Shown here one piece after another: positions 40,039-53,150 of a stretch of DNA of 64,000 nt. Source of the stretch: Auanema rhodensis (Eukaryota; Animalia; Nematoda). Numbering within the stretch: position 1 is the first letter of the stretch; each line of letters begins with the position of its first letter. The position numbers and the translations under genes were made by a program. A model generated the notes under the pieces. That model saw only the letters and a list, made by a program, of their open reading frames with translations. It was not told the DNA's origin and did not search any database. The DNA is taken from contig OZ059896.1 in NCBI GenBank assembly GCA_964057225.1, forward strand, positions 8,804,001-8,868,000, read 5' to 3'.

Positions 40039-41661
40039 ATGATATCTTTATACGATGAAGAGGACAATGTTCCTTTCACCCCCATAAGACGACCAGAATT
40101 GGAAAAGGACAAATTGAAAGAAAAGGATAAAGAAAAAGATAAAGACAAAGAAAAAGATGAAAAGAAAAATGGTATGTTGATAGGAGAACACGCAGATATT
40201 AAAAATTTGTTCCTAGATGGTTCCAAGGATATTACTATGAAGTTTTTACAAGCACAGATAGCTCATAAACGACATACAACTACTTCTGCAAATGTAGTTT
40301 TTCTTCAAGTTTCTCCTCTATATTCTTTTTAGAAACATTTTCTTAATCCTGTGATTGATCTCTCAGCTCGTAATAAGTCTAACATGAACTTAAAACGCTT
40401 AAATCCTATTAAAGCAGTACCTCTATCTGATACAGCTCCATTATCTTTTTTACCCAAGGCTGCAACAGACGATAGTGTAAAAAATTTCTTACTGTTCATG
40501 AAATTGCAAAGCAAGATTTTACAGATTCTGTTATTTGGTGAAGCCGTTATCAAAAATGAATACCAACCTGATTTACCAAATGACTATTTAACTCAAAAGC
40601 GTAAAAAGGATGAAAGAGAACAAAAAGAACGAGCGGCTAAAGAAATAGCAGACAGGTTTTTATAATCATTTCAATTCCATATCTAATACATATTTAGACT
40701 TGCGAAAGAGCATAAAGAGGAGGCCAAGAAAAGAGAAAAAGGAGCTGCCATTGCTCCACCGTTGGCTCTTCTCGAACCTGCTCCACCTGAACCCGTATGT
40801 TTATATATTTTTTAATTTTATGAAGAACTAATTCATTAAGTCGTCATCATCATCTTCATCTAGCTTTACTCCTCCAACTTTCCTTGCAAAGTTTGGTAAG
40901 AGCACTTCTCGAGGTTTAGGCGTAGCAGCAAATATCATGAGTAAATACGGGTATAAAGAAGGATCTGGATTAGGTTATTTAACTAAACATTGTTTATAAT
41001 AAATTTATGTTCAGGAAAAGACGAACAAGGTATTAATACAGCTCTCCAAATAGAAAAAGTTGGCCGCAGTACTGGCGTTATTGTTAACGAGTCTGCAAAA
41101 ACTGAAGAATGTAAGTCTCATTTTTTTCCATTATATTATACACTTTTCAAATTAAGCTCAAAATTCTTTCGCAGCTCCGTCATTACCTTCTAGAGCTACT
41201 AATAATGCAGCAGTTATGAGCACTTCCAGTAAAGTACTACTATTAACGGTATTACTTGGTTGATGTTTTAATATATACATTTTAAAATATTACAGAACGT
41301 TGTAGGTGCTGATGAAGTAGATAATGAATTGGAAAACGAAATTAGGGGTGAACTTAGTAAATATGGTCAGGTGCAATCAATTCATATTTCTAAGGTATAT
41401 TAATTTCGACATAATCACGGTTTTTTTGTTTCTTTTTCAGGTAGAAAATGTAAGTGAAAATCTAGCAGTTCGAATATTTGTTGAGTTCACAAATGTAGCT
41501 CAAGCCATAAAAGTATGAGATTATTAAGTTTAATATAATACTGTTTTACTTTGTAGGCGTTTGTGGTAATGAACGGGCGGTTTTTCGGAGGGAGACAAGT
41601 AGCTGCTTCCTTTTATAATTATGATGATTATATAAATAAGGACTATGATAAAGCTGCTTAA
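40039..41661 (+). CDS. RBM17: Splicing factor 45 (G-patch + UHM domain)
   Basis: MISLYDE start, NEYQPDLPNDY motif, G-patch VAANIMSKYGYKEGSGLG-KDEQGI, UHM AVRIFVEF...MNGRFFGGR. Confidence 0.93.
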
Positions 41662-41801
41662 TGTATGAAAGATTAAATATATATATATACATAAATATAT
41701 GTAATACATATCCTATTTTGATTTTATTATTGTGTTCAGTGGTGTTGTCCTCTAACTATTTAAACTTTGCATGTAACACTAACGTTAAATAGGTTAAAGA
41801 A

Positions 41802-43036
41802 ATGGCTTGTGAAAGTCTTCGAATAGCTCAAATCGACTCAGCTGTTTTGGATACTGAGTTCAAGCAACTGGCTCTGGAGCAGGTGGAATCTGCCATCGAA
41901 GTTTTGCCTTACACTGTAGTGAGAAAGTTGGATAGTTTGAAGCCTGAAGTATCCCTTTTGCTAGATTCTTGTTTATGGTCTATTCGATATTCCCAGGGTT
42001 AATATACTTATATATGTAAAATTGAAATTGAAAATAATTTTAAGGTGCTTCTCTTGGTCAGATAGAAGAAGATGTCGCTTATAAAGATTACGATACGTCT
42101 AAGGTTCTAGACTTAATTTTTTCGTTTTCTTTCTTACTACGATATAGATTAATCTTCATTATTGTTGGTCCATCATATTACCATACTTAGCTCAAAGAGC
42201 ATCCACATCAGCAAGAACTGGGAGGCTGGAAACTGTTCTTCGTAAAGTTGAAGCTTTATTTGAAGTTAGAAATAAATGAAAAATAACGGTATAGCTGGAA
42301 ATTTCAGATTTTTAGCCTGGCTCATTATTTGAGATTTTTACGAAGAGGTGGACATAGTACAATTCCTGAACAAATTTTGGGTTTAAGAAATTGGAACAAT
42401 AATCCTCCTAGTATAGGTTCGTCGCTTTTAACCGTTGAAACGCTGAAAATTATATAAGCGTTGTAATCAAAGTTCTCTGCTCGAACTACTCATAACCAAA
42501 AAAAAATTTTTTTACAACATCATGTTAAGTTTAGTTTAAATTTTTAGTTCCACCAGAAATTTATATTTCCGCAATTATATTGTGCATCTTGAAGTAAAAG
42601 TATATCATTTAATACTACCCTCACAATAATATATTTATTCTCTCTCTGAGTTGATGATCGTTAGTTACATAAAAACATTATGGATTAAAAAAATATTATG
42701 CAAATCATTATTTCAGGAACAGTCAATTATGAAACACAGAACAGGGAACTACTATGGCATGCATTTAGAGATGGTTTGCAACTTGCATGGCCTTTTTTTG
42801 CATTTTTTCAAAGATATTGGATGAGATATAATCGTTCTTTCTATACTAAAAAAGACGAGAATTGTTCGAATTGTGGAGTTTGTTCTAAAACAGCAGTAAT
42901 CCCAGTGATCTGGCATCAATGTGGTCACATCGCTTGTTATTGGTGTGACCGTTCAAGAAAAGAAGGATACAGCTTGTGTGCAGTATGTAACGAACCAGGA
43001 TCATCCAAATTCAAAATGGGAGAAAAAATGAAGTAA
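41802..43036 (+). CDS. prx-2: Peroxin PEX2 (RING peroxin)
   Basis: LRIAQIDSAVLDTE, KPEVSLLL, ASLGQ, VNYETQNRELLWHAF, C-terminal RING CGVC..CGHIACYWC..CAVC. Confidence 0.93.
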
Positions 43037-43629
43037 GCAAAGATATATAGAAGAGCCAAAGAGTGTTCCGTTATGGATATGAGAAGCCTGTAATACTTAA
43101 GTTGGAGTTGTAAATAACTTTAATCTGTGATAGTTCCATTGTCATATTTTTCTTTTCCAACTGTATATATGTTTGCAACTTTATTAAAACTTTTTCTTTA
43201 TTATCAATCAAATTTCAAATCATTTTGATTATTTCACTATTTGCAAAATAGTGTATCGTGTGAAATTGACCAAGCTTTTTCACCGGGTCCACGAAGTTCT
43301 GAGTCAGTTGGTCCGTTTCGTTCGCGAAAACACACCTGCCACTGTGAGTTACTGAAGTTTTAAACAATCAGCAGACAACATCAATCCGATCACAGTAAAC
43401 GGACAACAAGTGTGAGCACGAGAAGAGGAAGAAATTTTTGGCCTCTCATTGATATTCCTCAGAAAGTTCTCATTCATATCAATACTGATCAAAAATTGAA
43501 AGAAATTTGATGACAATTTCTTGTACTTGTGTGACATGTACTTTTTTTATTTTAAAAGTTCAATTGAATTCAGAAAACAAAAAAAAAAGTTGAAAACAGT
43601 TTGATTTTCTGAGAAAAATAAATACTTAC

Positions 43630-43797
43630 TTAGTGCTCGTCTTTACCACCAACTGACATAGCTGATGTGGCAACCATGTAAAGAAGTGCCATGAGGCAAG
43701 CAAGAATAAGAAGGTTAACGATCAGAATGATAGTGTTCTTATCGAAATGTTGCTCTGCAGCTTCTACGATGGATTGTTTACGAGAATTACTGGCCAT
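43630..43797 (-). CDS. 55-aa single-pass membrane micropeptide, phospholamban/regulin-like (inferred)
   Basis: MASNSRKQSIVEAAEQHFDKNTIILIVNLLILACLMALLYMVATSAMSVGGKDEH*; TTTCAG acceptor 7 nt before ATG, GTAAGT donor directly after TAA, codon-like composition; not in ORF track (<60 aa). Confidence 0.8.
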   Translation of the reverse strand: MASNSRKQSIVEAAEQHFDKNTIILIVNLLILACLMALLYMVATSAMSVGGKDEH

Positions 43798-44535
43798 CCT
43801 GAATCTGAAACAGATTATATCAATGAACAGACTTACTATTAAGAAAGTTTCATAAAGGTTAAAGAAAAATGAGATGATAAGCTTGATCGAGAGATGGAGC
43901 TCTTCAGAAATATTTACTTTATATTTGAGATAGTAGTGCTACGAAAAGTATTCCTAAGTTCATCCAACTATCATTTTTCTCAGATCAATCATTTTTAAGA
44001 AGTATAAACAGCACTAAAATTTGGAAATGGAAAAACTATAGGAAACAGAAAGCGGCGAACTCAAGGAGAAAGTTTGTGTCGTTTCAATCCGGAAGAAACT
44101 AAGAGGTTCTCAACGGATAATGGGAGGAGTCTTGTTTCTTGAGCTGATAAACTATCACAACAGGGTCGTTTACTGCTGATGGCCTATCCTACAATCAATA
44201 AGTTCTGAATTTTTCTCGTACCCTTAATGACTAGCATAAAACAACACCTGCAAAACATAAACTGCAATGTGCTTCACAATTGCAGATAAAATACAAATAA
44301 CCACAAAGAAAATATTGAAAAAAAAATTAAACTAAGCTCGGTAAAAAAGAAATCATCTTTCATTCACATTATTAAACACATTATTCAGATATCAATTAAA
44401 AAATACTTAAACTACTTCTAAGGAAGTCATCATAAATTTGCAAAATTTAAATTGCGTTACTACAATTAATACCAGTTTTTCATAATCACACGACATCCAA
44501 CCTATCAAAAACTATTACTATTGGAATTGCCAAAA

Positions 44536-45573
44536 CTACAACTTGTTGGATTCAAGAACTTTTACAGCAGTTCCAGGTTCAATATGACCTAATTTTTCGC
44601 CTAATGAAAAAAGAGCAGTTTGTAGCTCATCAGTTATATATTTTCTTCTAGCTAATCCTTCCATATCTCCTGTTGTGCGCATTTCTTCAGTATCAATGGG
44701 ATTTCCAACATATATTTCCACTTTCTTTATGTGACAAAAATATTATTATTAATTTTATTGCTAAGATTACCTGCCCGAATCGCGGATAATACGGAGGATA
44801 CGTCGGCCATACTTTGTCCATATTTTGGCACCATATAGGGATTACAATAGGAGGCTTTTTGGAATCCATAACCAAACGACCAACACCCCATTTGAATCTG
44901 AAAAATTCTAAAATAAAAACAAATTGGTGGAAACCGAACCTCAACGGAGTTTCAGTTACCCTTCCTTCTGGAAAGATGTGTACCCAATCGTTATTATTCA
45001 ATTTTTCTACAGAAAAATTCATTCCATCCTGATAAACACCGGCACCACGCACACAAGGAACACAACGACCAAGAGAAAAAATACTGAAAGACAGTTAATA
45101 CATTTTTTTTCAAAAGCGTAATTACTTGGTATGCCACTGCTTAGAGAAGCATATATTATGAGCAGCTAGTGTATATCTATTCCTATTCAAGTTACGAATG
45201 AGTTCAGACCAAGATAACATTACTGAAACGTTTTTATTTGTGTGTTATAAAATATGACTTACCCCACATCAAAGGATCATCAATATTACATCTGTGGTTA
45301 GATATGGTTATCAACGGTCTCGAAGTATCTTCTAGTTGGCGTACAAATATTTCCTTATTACGAACGATCAGTTTATTGCCTATAATAACTGTTTATGTAA
45401 AATTATGAAACAAAAGAAATACCTTTGATGAATAAAATCCGAGATACCGAAGACACAAAGCTCATTGTAGCAAAAGATTTCATTTTATACAAAATTGACT
45501 GTTTCTTCGGGAAAGGCCAAGCGAACTTGAAGCCCTCCTTAGAAGCCGCAAGATCTCTTTGCGTTCCCGTCAT
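44536..45573 (-). CDS. acl-3: Tafazzin (cardiolipin transacylase)
   Basis: RPLITISNHRCNIDDPLMW, YTLAAHNICF, GRCVPCVRGAGVYQDGM, WVHIFPEGRV, FKWGVGRL. Confidence 0.95.
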
Positions 45574-46319
45574 TAGAAAACAATGCAGAAACTAAAAACT
45601 AATTAAATATCTGAAAGTAACACAATGAAACAATATCGTAAGCTAATATAAGCAGAATAGAAACAGAATAACAGTAACTCAAGGAAATTAACATGCTGAA
45701 GAGAGAAGAGCAGCGTGCGTACAAAGTTTTTAGTTGAACGTCAAAAGTAGGCTAGATCGTAAATGATAAAAAATTGGGATCAGGATATATTAAAATTATC
45801 AATTTTTTAAGTTTCAATAGTACTGTATAAAATATGAAACTTAAGCAAACCCTTATACGAACTTATGTTGATAATCAATAATAACAAGAATATTTGAATC
45901 GCATGCGATAGATTTATGTTCAGAACAATTCATATTGTTATTTTTCTGTTTAACTGTAACACTGATTTGAAATATAGTCAGGAAGCTTCAAAAACTCACA
46001 AGCTTGACAGTATCATTGCAAAGATTCAGTTTTTCACAATTCTGCGTTACTTGAAACATTCACATCAAATCCAAATTTGGTTTATAAAATCGTACAAAAT
46101 GAACGATTTTTATTTTGTACTGTGTCAATAAAATAATTCAGATGATCCTATAATAAACATAACATAATTGACATGTAATATGTACTTCTGTTGTAGAATA
46201 CCGTATATATTCCATAAGCAAAATTTCACATATCAATATTCCCAAATAGCCTTTTTACGTGAGATCAGCAGTCCTCGATAAAAGCAGCTTCCACTGTTTG
46301 AACGTTCACTGTTCCGAAT

Positions 46320-49300
46320 ATGTCTTGTTCTCGGATGGGATTGAAGCATATCTATTTTTTAATAGGTACTTATTAGTTTTTTTATAAAATCTTCTATTTC
46401 CTATTTTTAGCATTGCATTGTTATGGAGTATTGGGACAGCAAAGTTGTGATGTAGAAAATTTTAAAAATACATCTTATAAATTGAGTATTTTAGATAAAT
46501 AATTTGGAACCACCTTTACGTTATGCGTTCACTGGTTGTCAATACACAGGAAGCAGCTTGAACAATGGCTGTGAAATATCTTTAAGTTGTGAAACAGGTA
46601 CTGAAGATAAGTTGATCTTAGCAAAAGTAAATATTTACAGGATTCATGCCTACATCACCCATGCCCTTGATGACTTCAGGAGGAATACAAAAAATACATT
46701 GCTCAAATGGCAAATGGCTTTCAATGTCCAACGCAGTTAACATTTTTTGTACAAAAGGAAACATAAAAATTTAAAATTCAGGAAGTGAGAGTTATGCAGT
46801 GCGTTGAAGGATGTTTGAGGCGAAATTATACAACTGAGATAGTAAACAGCGAAAGCATGTATTCTTATTTCGACCCCGATACGGAAAAGTCTTATTCAGC
46901 TGTATGTAGATCAACAGGTTAGATGTTTTAAATAATGTATTTACAATTTTCTGTTGAAGTTGTCACCAAAATAGAAGATATTGTGAAAAATAATCCGGGA
47001 ATTTCTCACTATTACTGTCCCATCTCACCTGAAGACGGAAAAGTAAATAGTGGTGGATGTGAGAACATTTGCACTATGACATATTCAATTCCGAGAGGAA
47101 GTAAAATTATAAAGGTTTTTATACAAGTCGTAGATTCTTGTTGAAATTCGATATTCAAGCATTTTATTGAGCTCAGTCCTGATATGTTTATGTATACATT
47201 TGGAGGAATGGAAATGATAGTTGGATGCGAAGAAGGATATGCATATGATCCAAGCAATCTCTATGCTTCTTATGGGCAACAAGTCATTGAATGTGATGGA
47301 ATTACAGCGAAGCTTATGGATAAAGTAACTGGAACTGAAGCTGTGATAGCCCAATGTGTTCCACAACAAAGTTGCCCAGAATTTATCCCAGTATTAATCA
47401 AATACATTGCCAGGCTTTACATTTTTTTTACAGTCGGCTGATTCAGTTCTTACCTCGGAAAGTACAGAGTGTTCATCACGTAACGGCCTGGTTCCATCCG
47501 GATGTATTCGATCTTACGAATGTTCAAAAGGTATTATGGTAATAATTGTGAACAAGTTTAACTATTATATAAAGGGTATTATCCTTCTTCTATGGAGTAT
47601 TTATACAATCGAACACAAAGAGTAAGATGTCAAAATGGTACATGGTACGATCAAAGAAATGCTACTATTACTTGTGTATGCTTAATATAGAGTTTTCTAA
47701 TATATATCGTTGGTTTTTCAGCCCCTAACATGCACTGCTGGATGTGTTAATCTCAATTATGACTCCATCGTAAAATATTTGCAGTCCAATAGCCACCAGA
47801 TTACATATGACGAATTTGATAGCGGTGATGGCAAGAAGTTCCATTGTTTAACAAGTTTGAACTCTTATTTGTACATATATATTTAAAATTTAAAATTTAG
47901 GCAAATCTCGTACAGACATTACGCAATTTATTGAAAAAATCCAGAAAGAGGAAAATCATTACTTCTGTCGTAACACCGAGTTAAATAACAAAACTTATAT
48001 TGTGATTGAGATGGAATGTTTGAACACTTGCCAAGCTCTCCAAATTACAAATTTGCCTCCTGGAGTGGAGCTTATTAAGGTTATTCAAATATAATAACTA
48101 AGCTGACAATATAATTATTCTGTAGAGCCCTAAGTCATTTGAAGTTTTCGGTTCTTCTTTAATTGCTGGGCATTCGTCCTATGACTTCCAATGTCAATCA
48201 GGATATCAATACATCAATATTGATCTTCGAAATTTTGGAAAACAACGATTCACTTGCCTCGGGAATAACAGTTATACTGAATTGTTTTCCCAGTCAGCAT
48301 TTGAAGCCCAGAATATCGAATTCAGTCAATGTCAAAAAGTAATATCAATTGATTTATGATGAACATTACATAACACTTGAAGGTCTCCTCTTGTTCACTT
48401 TCGGATATAACAAAGGAAGAAAATGTCATAATCGTCAATCAAACTTGTGTTGGCTCCGGCGATATAAACTGCGAAGTTACTTTAACCTGCGCTCCTGGTA
48501 TATTTTCTATCATGGGCTTATTATTACATATATTGCTACAGGATTTTATCCAACTTTAACACAATTCCAAACAACTCGTTCGATTCGGAAAACTTGTAAT
48601 ATAAATTCAGTTGGAGTTGCTCAATGGATTGAAGTGGTATCTGGTTCACCTGATCCATATCAATGCGTTGAAGGTTGTATTGAACGACCATCTGAAACTC
48701 AAGTAATTATCCACAATGGAACAGAAATAGTTTGCTGTATATACAAAATAATAGTTATTTTCTTATCAATACTTTTCCAGCTCTAACTTCCTCTGGAAAT
48801 GGTAATCCATTTTATTGCAATTCTGGCAATTCAACAAATGATTATAAATGCACTCGAACTTGTTACCCTCTCGGAATTGCAGAAAATCTCTCTAAAAAAA
48901 ATCTTTACGTAAGTTCCTAAATATTAAAAAGTGTGTCAATTGTATTTTTATTTTTTTGCTTACAAACATATAGCATCAATTTTTATTTTAGAGTACTCTA
49001 ATCCTGGACCGATTTGTAGCTGAAGGAGATGGTTACATTGTGTCATGTCAAAATCGTAAACATAATAATTTTCCTTTTTAATAGTACAGTTTTTATTTAG
49101 AATATGTTTTTCGAGAAACAAAAACCAACAGCAAGGAGTATCGCTGTAATGGAAAAAACAATTATATTGACGTCAGTACGAATACAGTAACCAACTATGC
49201 TACAGACACTTGTATCCTAGAGGTATGATCTAACTTTTCAACTATTTTATAAGACTTTGTTAAAACTTTTAGACCACTAATACGTGCTCTGGCAATCTTC

Positions 49301-49750
49301 CAGTAATTGACAATTATACTTCTCGAAAGCTCAGTTGCGTAAAAGATGCAAATAACCGTTTTGCTCCCGGGTGTCTCGTTGAAATAGAATGCTTGCATGG
49401 TACGTCTCATTACTGAGTGTAATAGTCTGAATACAAACTTTTAAGGAAGCTATTTTTCTTCAAAGTCAACAGAAACCGTTAGGAATTATGTTTGCCAAGA
49501 AAACGGTTTATTTATGAATGTTGCTACTAAAGCTGAAATAAGTGTAATCAACGATCAATGCCGTATGTTCGATAATCCAACCACAAACCCTACTCCTACA
49601 ATCCCTACAACAACGAGTAAGTTCTGTTTTTTTCTGTATTTCATAATTTATGTTCACTGTTCCTCGTTTCATGTTTTGTGTTCTGTGTCTCTAATCTATT
49701 CAGAAAAAAATTTATTAATTATTAACAAAAAATTGAACCGGAATGTTTAA
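46320..49750 (+). CDS. Secreted cysteine-rich protein with repeated sushi/CCP-like modules; family not identified
   Basis: Hydrophobic leader across exons 1-2; three recurrences of SC...C...C-x5-C-x-x-G...C...W...C-x-[EA]GC, each followed by a second Cys module; many ~40-nt introns; T/P-rich end. Exon boundaries approximate. Confidence 0.7.
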
Positions 49751-49844
49751 AACTACACGATGGAATACGCAAGAGGAGGAACGAAATTATGTTTCTTTAC
49801 GATAAGCCACAGAATCAAATCTTTGCATCAGGAGTGAACCACGT

Positions 49845-52400
49845 CTAGTACAGCCTTTTCTCGAATCTTAAAAATTGGATAAAAATAAATCATTTCTTCT
49901 ATGATATGGTATAAATATAGATATAGACAATAGAAATAGGGTGACGATTTTGTGCATATTGTGCCACATCACTACAATTTCTCACCCCCAATAAAAAGAC
50001 CTGGGGTGGTCTGATGAAATAAAAAGTTGTCGGGTTCTATGCTGTAAATTTTTCAAGAACGATAAAGTGCACGATGATTGTTATTAGTATTTTCTTTTCG
50101 GTTTGTTTAAAAATATGCATAAACTTACGAATGAAGAGAGTGGACTCCTCCCTCTGCTTGAGCATTAGAAGAACGCTGCTCGAAACGAACATTACCAGCA
50201 CTAACACCGCAGCTAGAAAAAATTAAAAATTATAGAAGCGAGATATTGGACTAACTGGAGGTCTTCAAGTGATTTAATACCAATATCTTGGAAACCATGT
50301 TGAACACCTCTAATGAGATATGGAATAAATTTATGGCAAGATCCACGATCTTTCATAGTAGCAGATACACCTTGAGCTACTTTGATTTGATCTGATTCTC
50401 TATAAATTTTTCATCAGGTGCCTTATATTGTCTTAATCATACGCAGTAAAATATCTATCCTGGCTAGATGTGTGCGCTTCCATGGCATCTAGTGATCCCA
50501 TTCCTCTGTATTTTTTCACACGAACGCCCGCAGGACCCCAGAAATATTCTCCAGGAGCCTAAAACAAAATGATCAATGATTCACTAACAAAAACTTGAAT
50601 TATCTGATTCGATATCCTGCTAAAATTTCTAAATATTTTTTTAAACAAACTATTAAACTAAGTACGCAAATAAAAAAAGCATACATTAGTTTACGATTTT
50701 TCTCTAAACTGATGCATCTACGATTTCGCAGTTCAAAATCGGGGAAAACCAAATTTGACACATATTTAGATATAAATAATCAAAAAATATGTAAAATCAT
50801 ACTTCAGTTGTAGCAGCTAAAAGGCCTCCCATCATCACGACCGATGCTCCAAGAGCGACAGCTTTGGTAATATAACCAACATCACGAATACCTCCGTCAG
50901 CGACGACTGGAATACCCCGGGAACTGGCATAGTGAGCTACATGATAGACAGCTGTTGCTTGAGCTCTTCCGACAGCCATAACTGCAATCATATTCAGATA
51001 ATAGTTTTCCGTCCAAGAACAGCTTACTATCTTGAGTGATGCAAATAGATCCACTTCCCATACCAACACGCAATCCATCAGCTCCAGCATCAATAAGACA
51101 TTTAGCTTGCTGCCTGGTTACAACTATAAAAATAAAAATCTCAGACTAGTTCTTCTTGAATGAATTCAAGGAATAGCTTAAACATACCATTTCCAGCGAT
51201 AACATCAACTTGAGGGAAGGTGTGCTTTATATACTTAAGCATATCAATTTGATAAGAAGAGGTTCCATTAGAAGAATCCTAATAACGCATATATAAGCCG
51301 ATTTGGAGGATAAAGACTTACAATCACAATTACATCAACACCGGCTTCCACTAGTAATGCGACAGTTTTCTTGCTTGTTTCCTTGGTGTTGACAGCAGCA
51401 CCGCATAAAAGCTGTCCCTTTGAATCATATGAAGCCATTGGGTAATCGCGTGCCTATATAAGCATTAATTGCGATTTTAATCTTATTTATGCTCTCACCT
51501 TCAATAAATCAGCGCGACATAGCAGAGCAATTAATTCTCCATTATCATTCACAATTGGTAATTTTCCTAATAGATGAAATGCAAACCTAATATTTTAAAA
51601 AATCTGACTTACCTAATCTATTTTGCTTCAGAATTTGTTGAGATTTTTCCAAGTCATCCTTGATATTTCCCAAGATCAAACTGTTCACACTGACCATAAT
51701 CTTTAAAAAAATTTATGATGTAACTGATACGGATGACTTTGAATTTTACATCAGTAACGGGAATTTGCTTCTGTTTGTCCACGTCATTTTCGAAAAAGTC
51801 AAAATCTCTTGAGCTGATCATTCCAAGAAGTTTTGATCCAACTTTTCCAGTTTCAGTAATTGGAGCACCGGTATATCCAAATTTTTTTTTAATTTGAATC
51901 ATATCATATACAGTGTCATCAGGACGAAGACAATGAGGCTGCATTACAAATCCTTGCTTAAATCTCTGCAACAATAAAAAAGACTAAGAAAGTCTTGCTG
52001 GAGGCTAACCTTGACTTTCAACACTTCAGCAGCTTGGTCTTCTGGATTGGCAAAGTTACCGTGAATAAAACCGATACCTCCATAAAGCTTTAAAAAAATA
52101 GAAATCATATTTTTGAAATAAGATCTTACAGCCATAACAATAGCCATTCCAGATTCAGTGACAGTATCCATAGGTGAAGAAGCTAGAGGAGCTTTAATTG
52201 AGATATTTTTAGTAACCTTCGTATCCAGTTTCACATCATGAACAGAAAAGTCGATGAATCCAGGCAAGATGTTGAAATCACTTCAATATCCAAAATATAT
52301 AACACCTTGGAGTATGAGCCTACTTGTATGTGATTCCTGAGGTGCTTACCATGAGATCTTTTAGAGACTGGCCATCTTTAAGATCAGAATCAAAAACCAT
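49845..52400 (-). CDS. IMPDH: Inosine-5'-monophosphate dehydrogenase
   Basis: GITYN|[24 protein letters not shown] pair, [41 protein letters not shown]|FEKRLY*. Confidence 0.98.
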
Positions 52401-53150
52401 TTTTACGATATTCGGTGGAACGATTTCTTAAGAATAACATGTGAAAAGTTTATAAAATTTAATACAAAACAGAAAATAATGAAGATTTTAAGGCATACGC
52501 AAACATTGGAAAGCAAATGCAAATGCAAGAAATTTCAGCAAGATAAGTTTAGGTTTCAACGACACAGCATTTTGTCGGTGCAAAGAGCGCCATCAAAGCT
52601 CTGATATGAAATGGCAAAATTCTGTTTCTGCAGCAAACCATTAGGATCCATGTTATGATTTAAATGGGCGGAGTCAACAAAGATGGCGCAAGATATATCC
52701 AGATAACTAACGTGAGCGTTTGAAGACCTGAAGAGTCTTCCAAGACTACGCATGCAATCAATATAAGACAATAGTAAAAATACAAGAATTTTGAACTTCG
52801 TAGTACATTAAACAGCTGCATCAAGTGACAACTAAGTTCGACTTTATCATAGGAACAACTAAAATCAAGACAATCAGTAAATGACCTAGCGACATCTTTC
52901 TATCAACACTGAAGGTGTACTAACATTTTGATGTCACAAGCAAACATCTTATATTTCGCTAACTGCGCTTATCAGCTCGTTAAATAAAATAAGATAAGTC
53001 TCAAAGACCTAATTGCTACCCTTATCAAGTAAAGATTAACAGTAAATAGCCCTAATTATGAAAAAAACTTGAGCAAAAAAATCGCTGAGGATGGCCGATT
53101 AGTTTGCACTAAAACCATTCATTGAAATAAAATAAATTTCATGGACTTCA

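Noticed and set aside
50589-50619. Possible micro-exon in IMPDH intron 50559-50802
   Set aside because: 28 or 31 nt, frameshifting mid-catalytic domain, weak sites; a poison exon cannot be supported without reads
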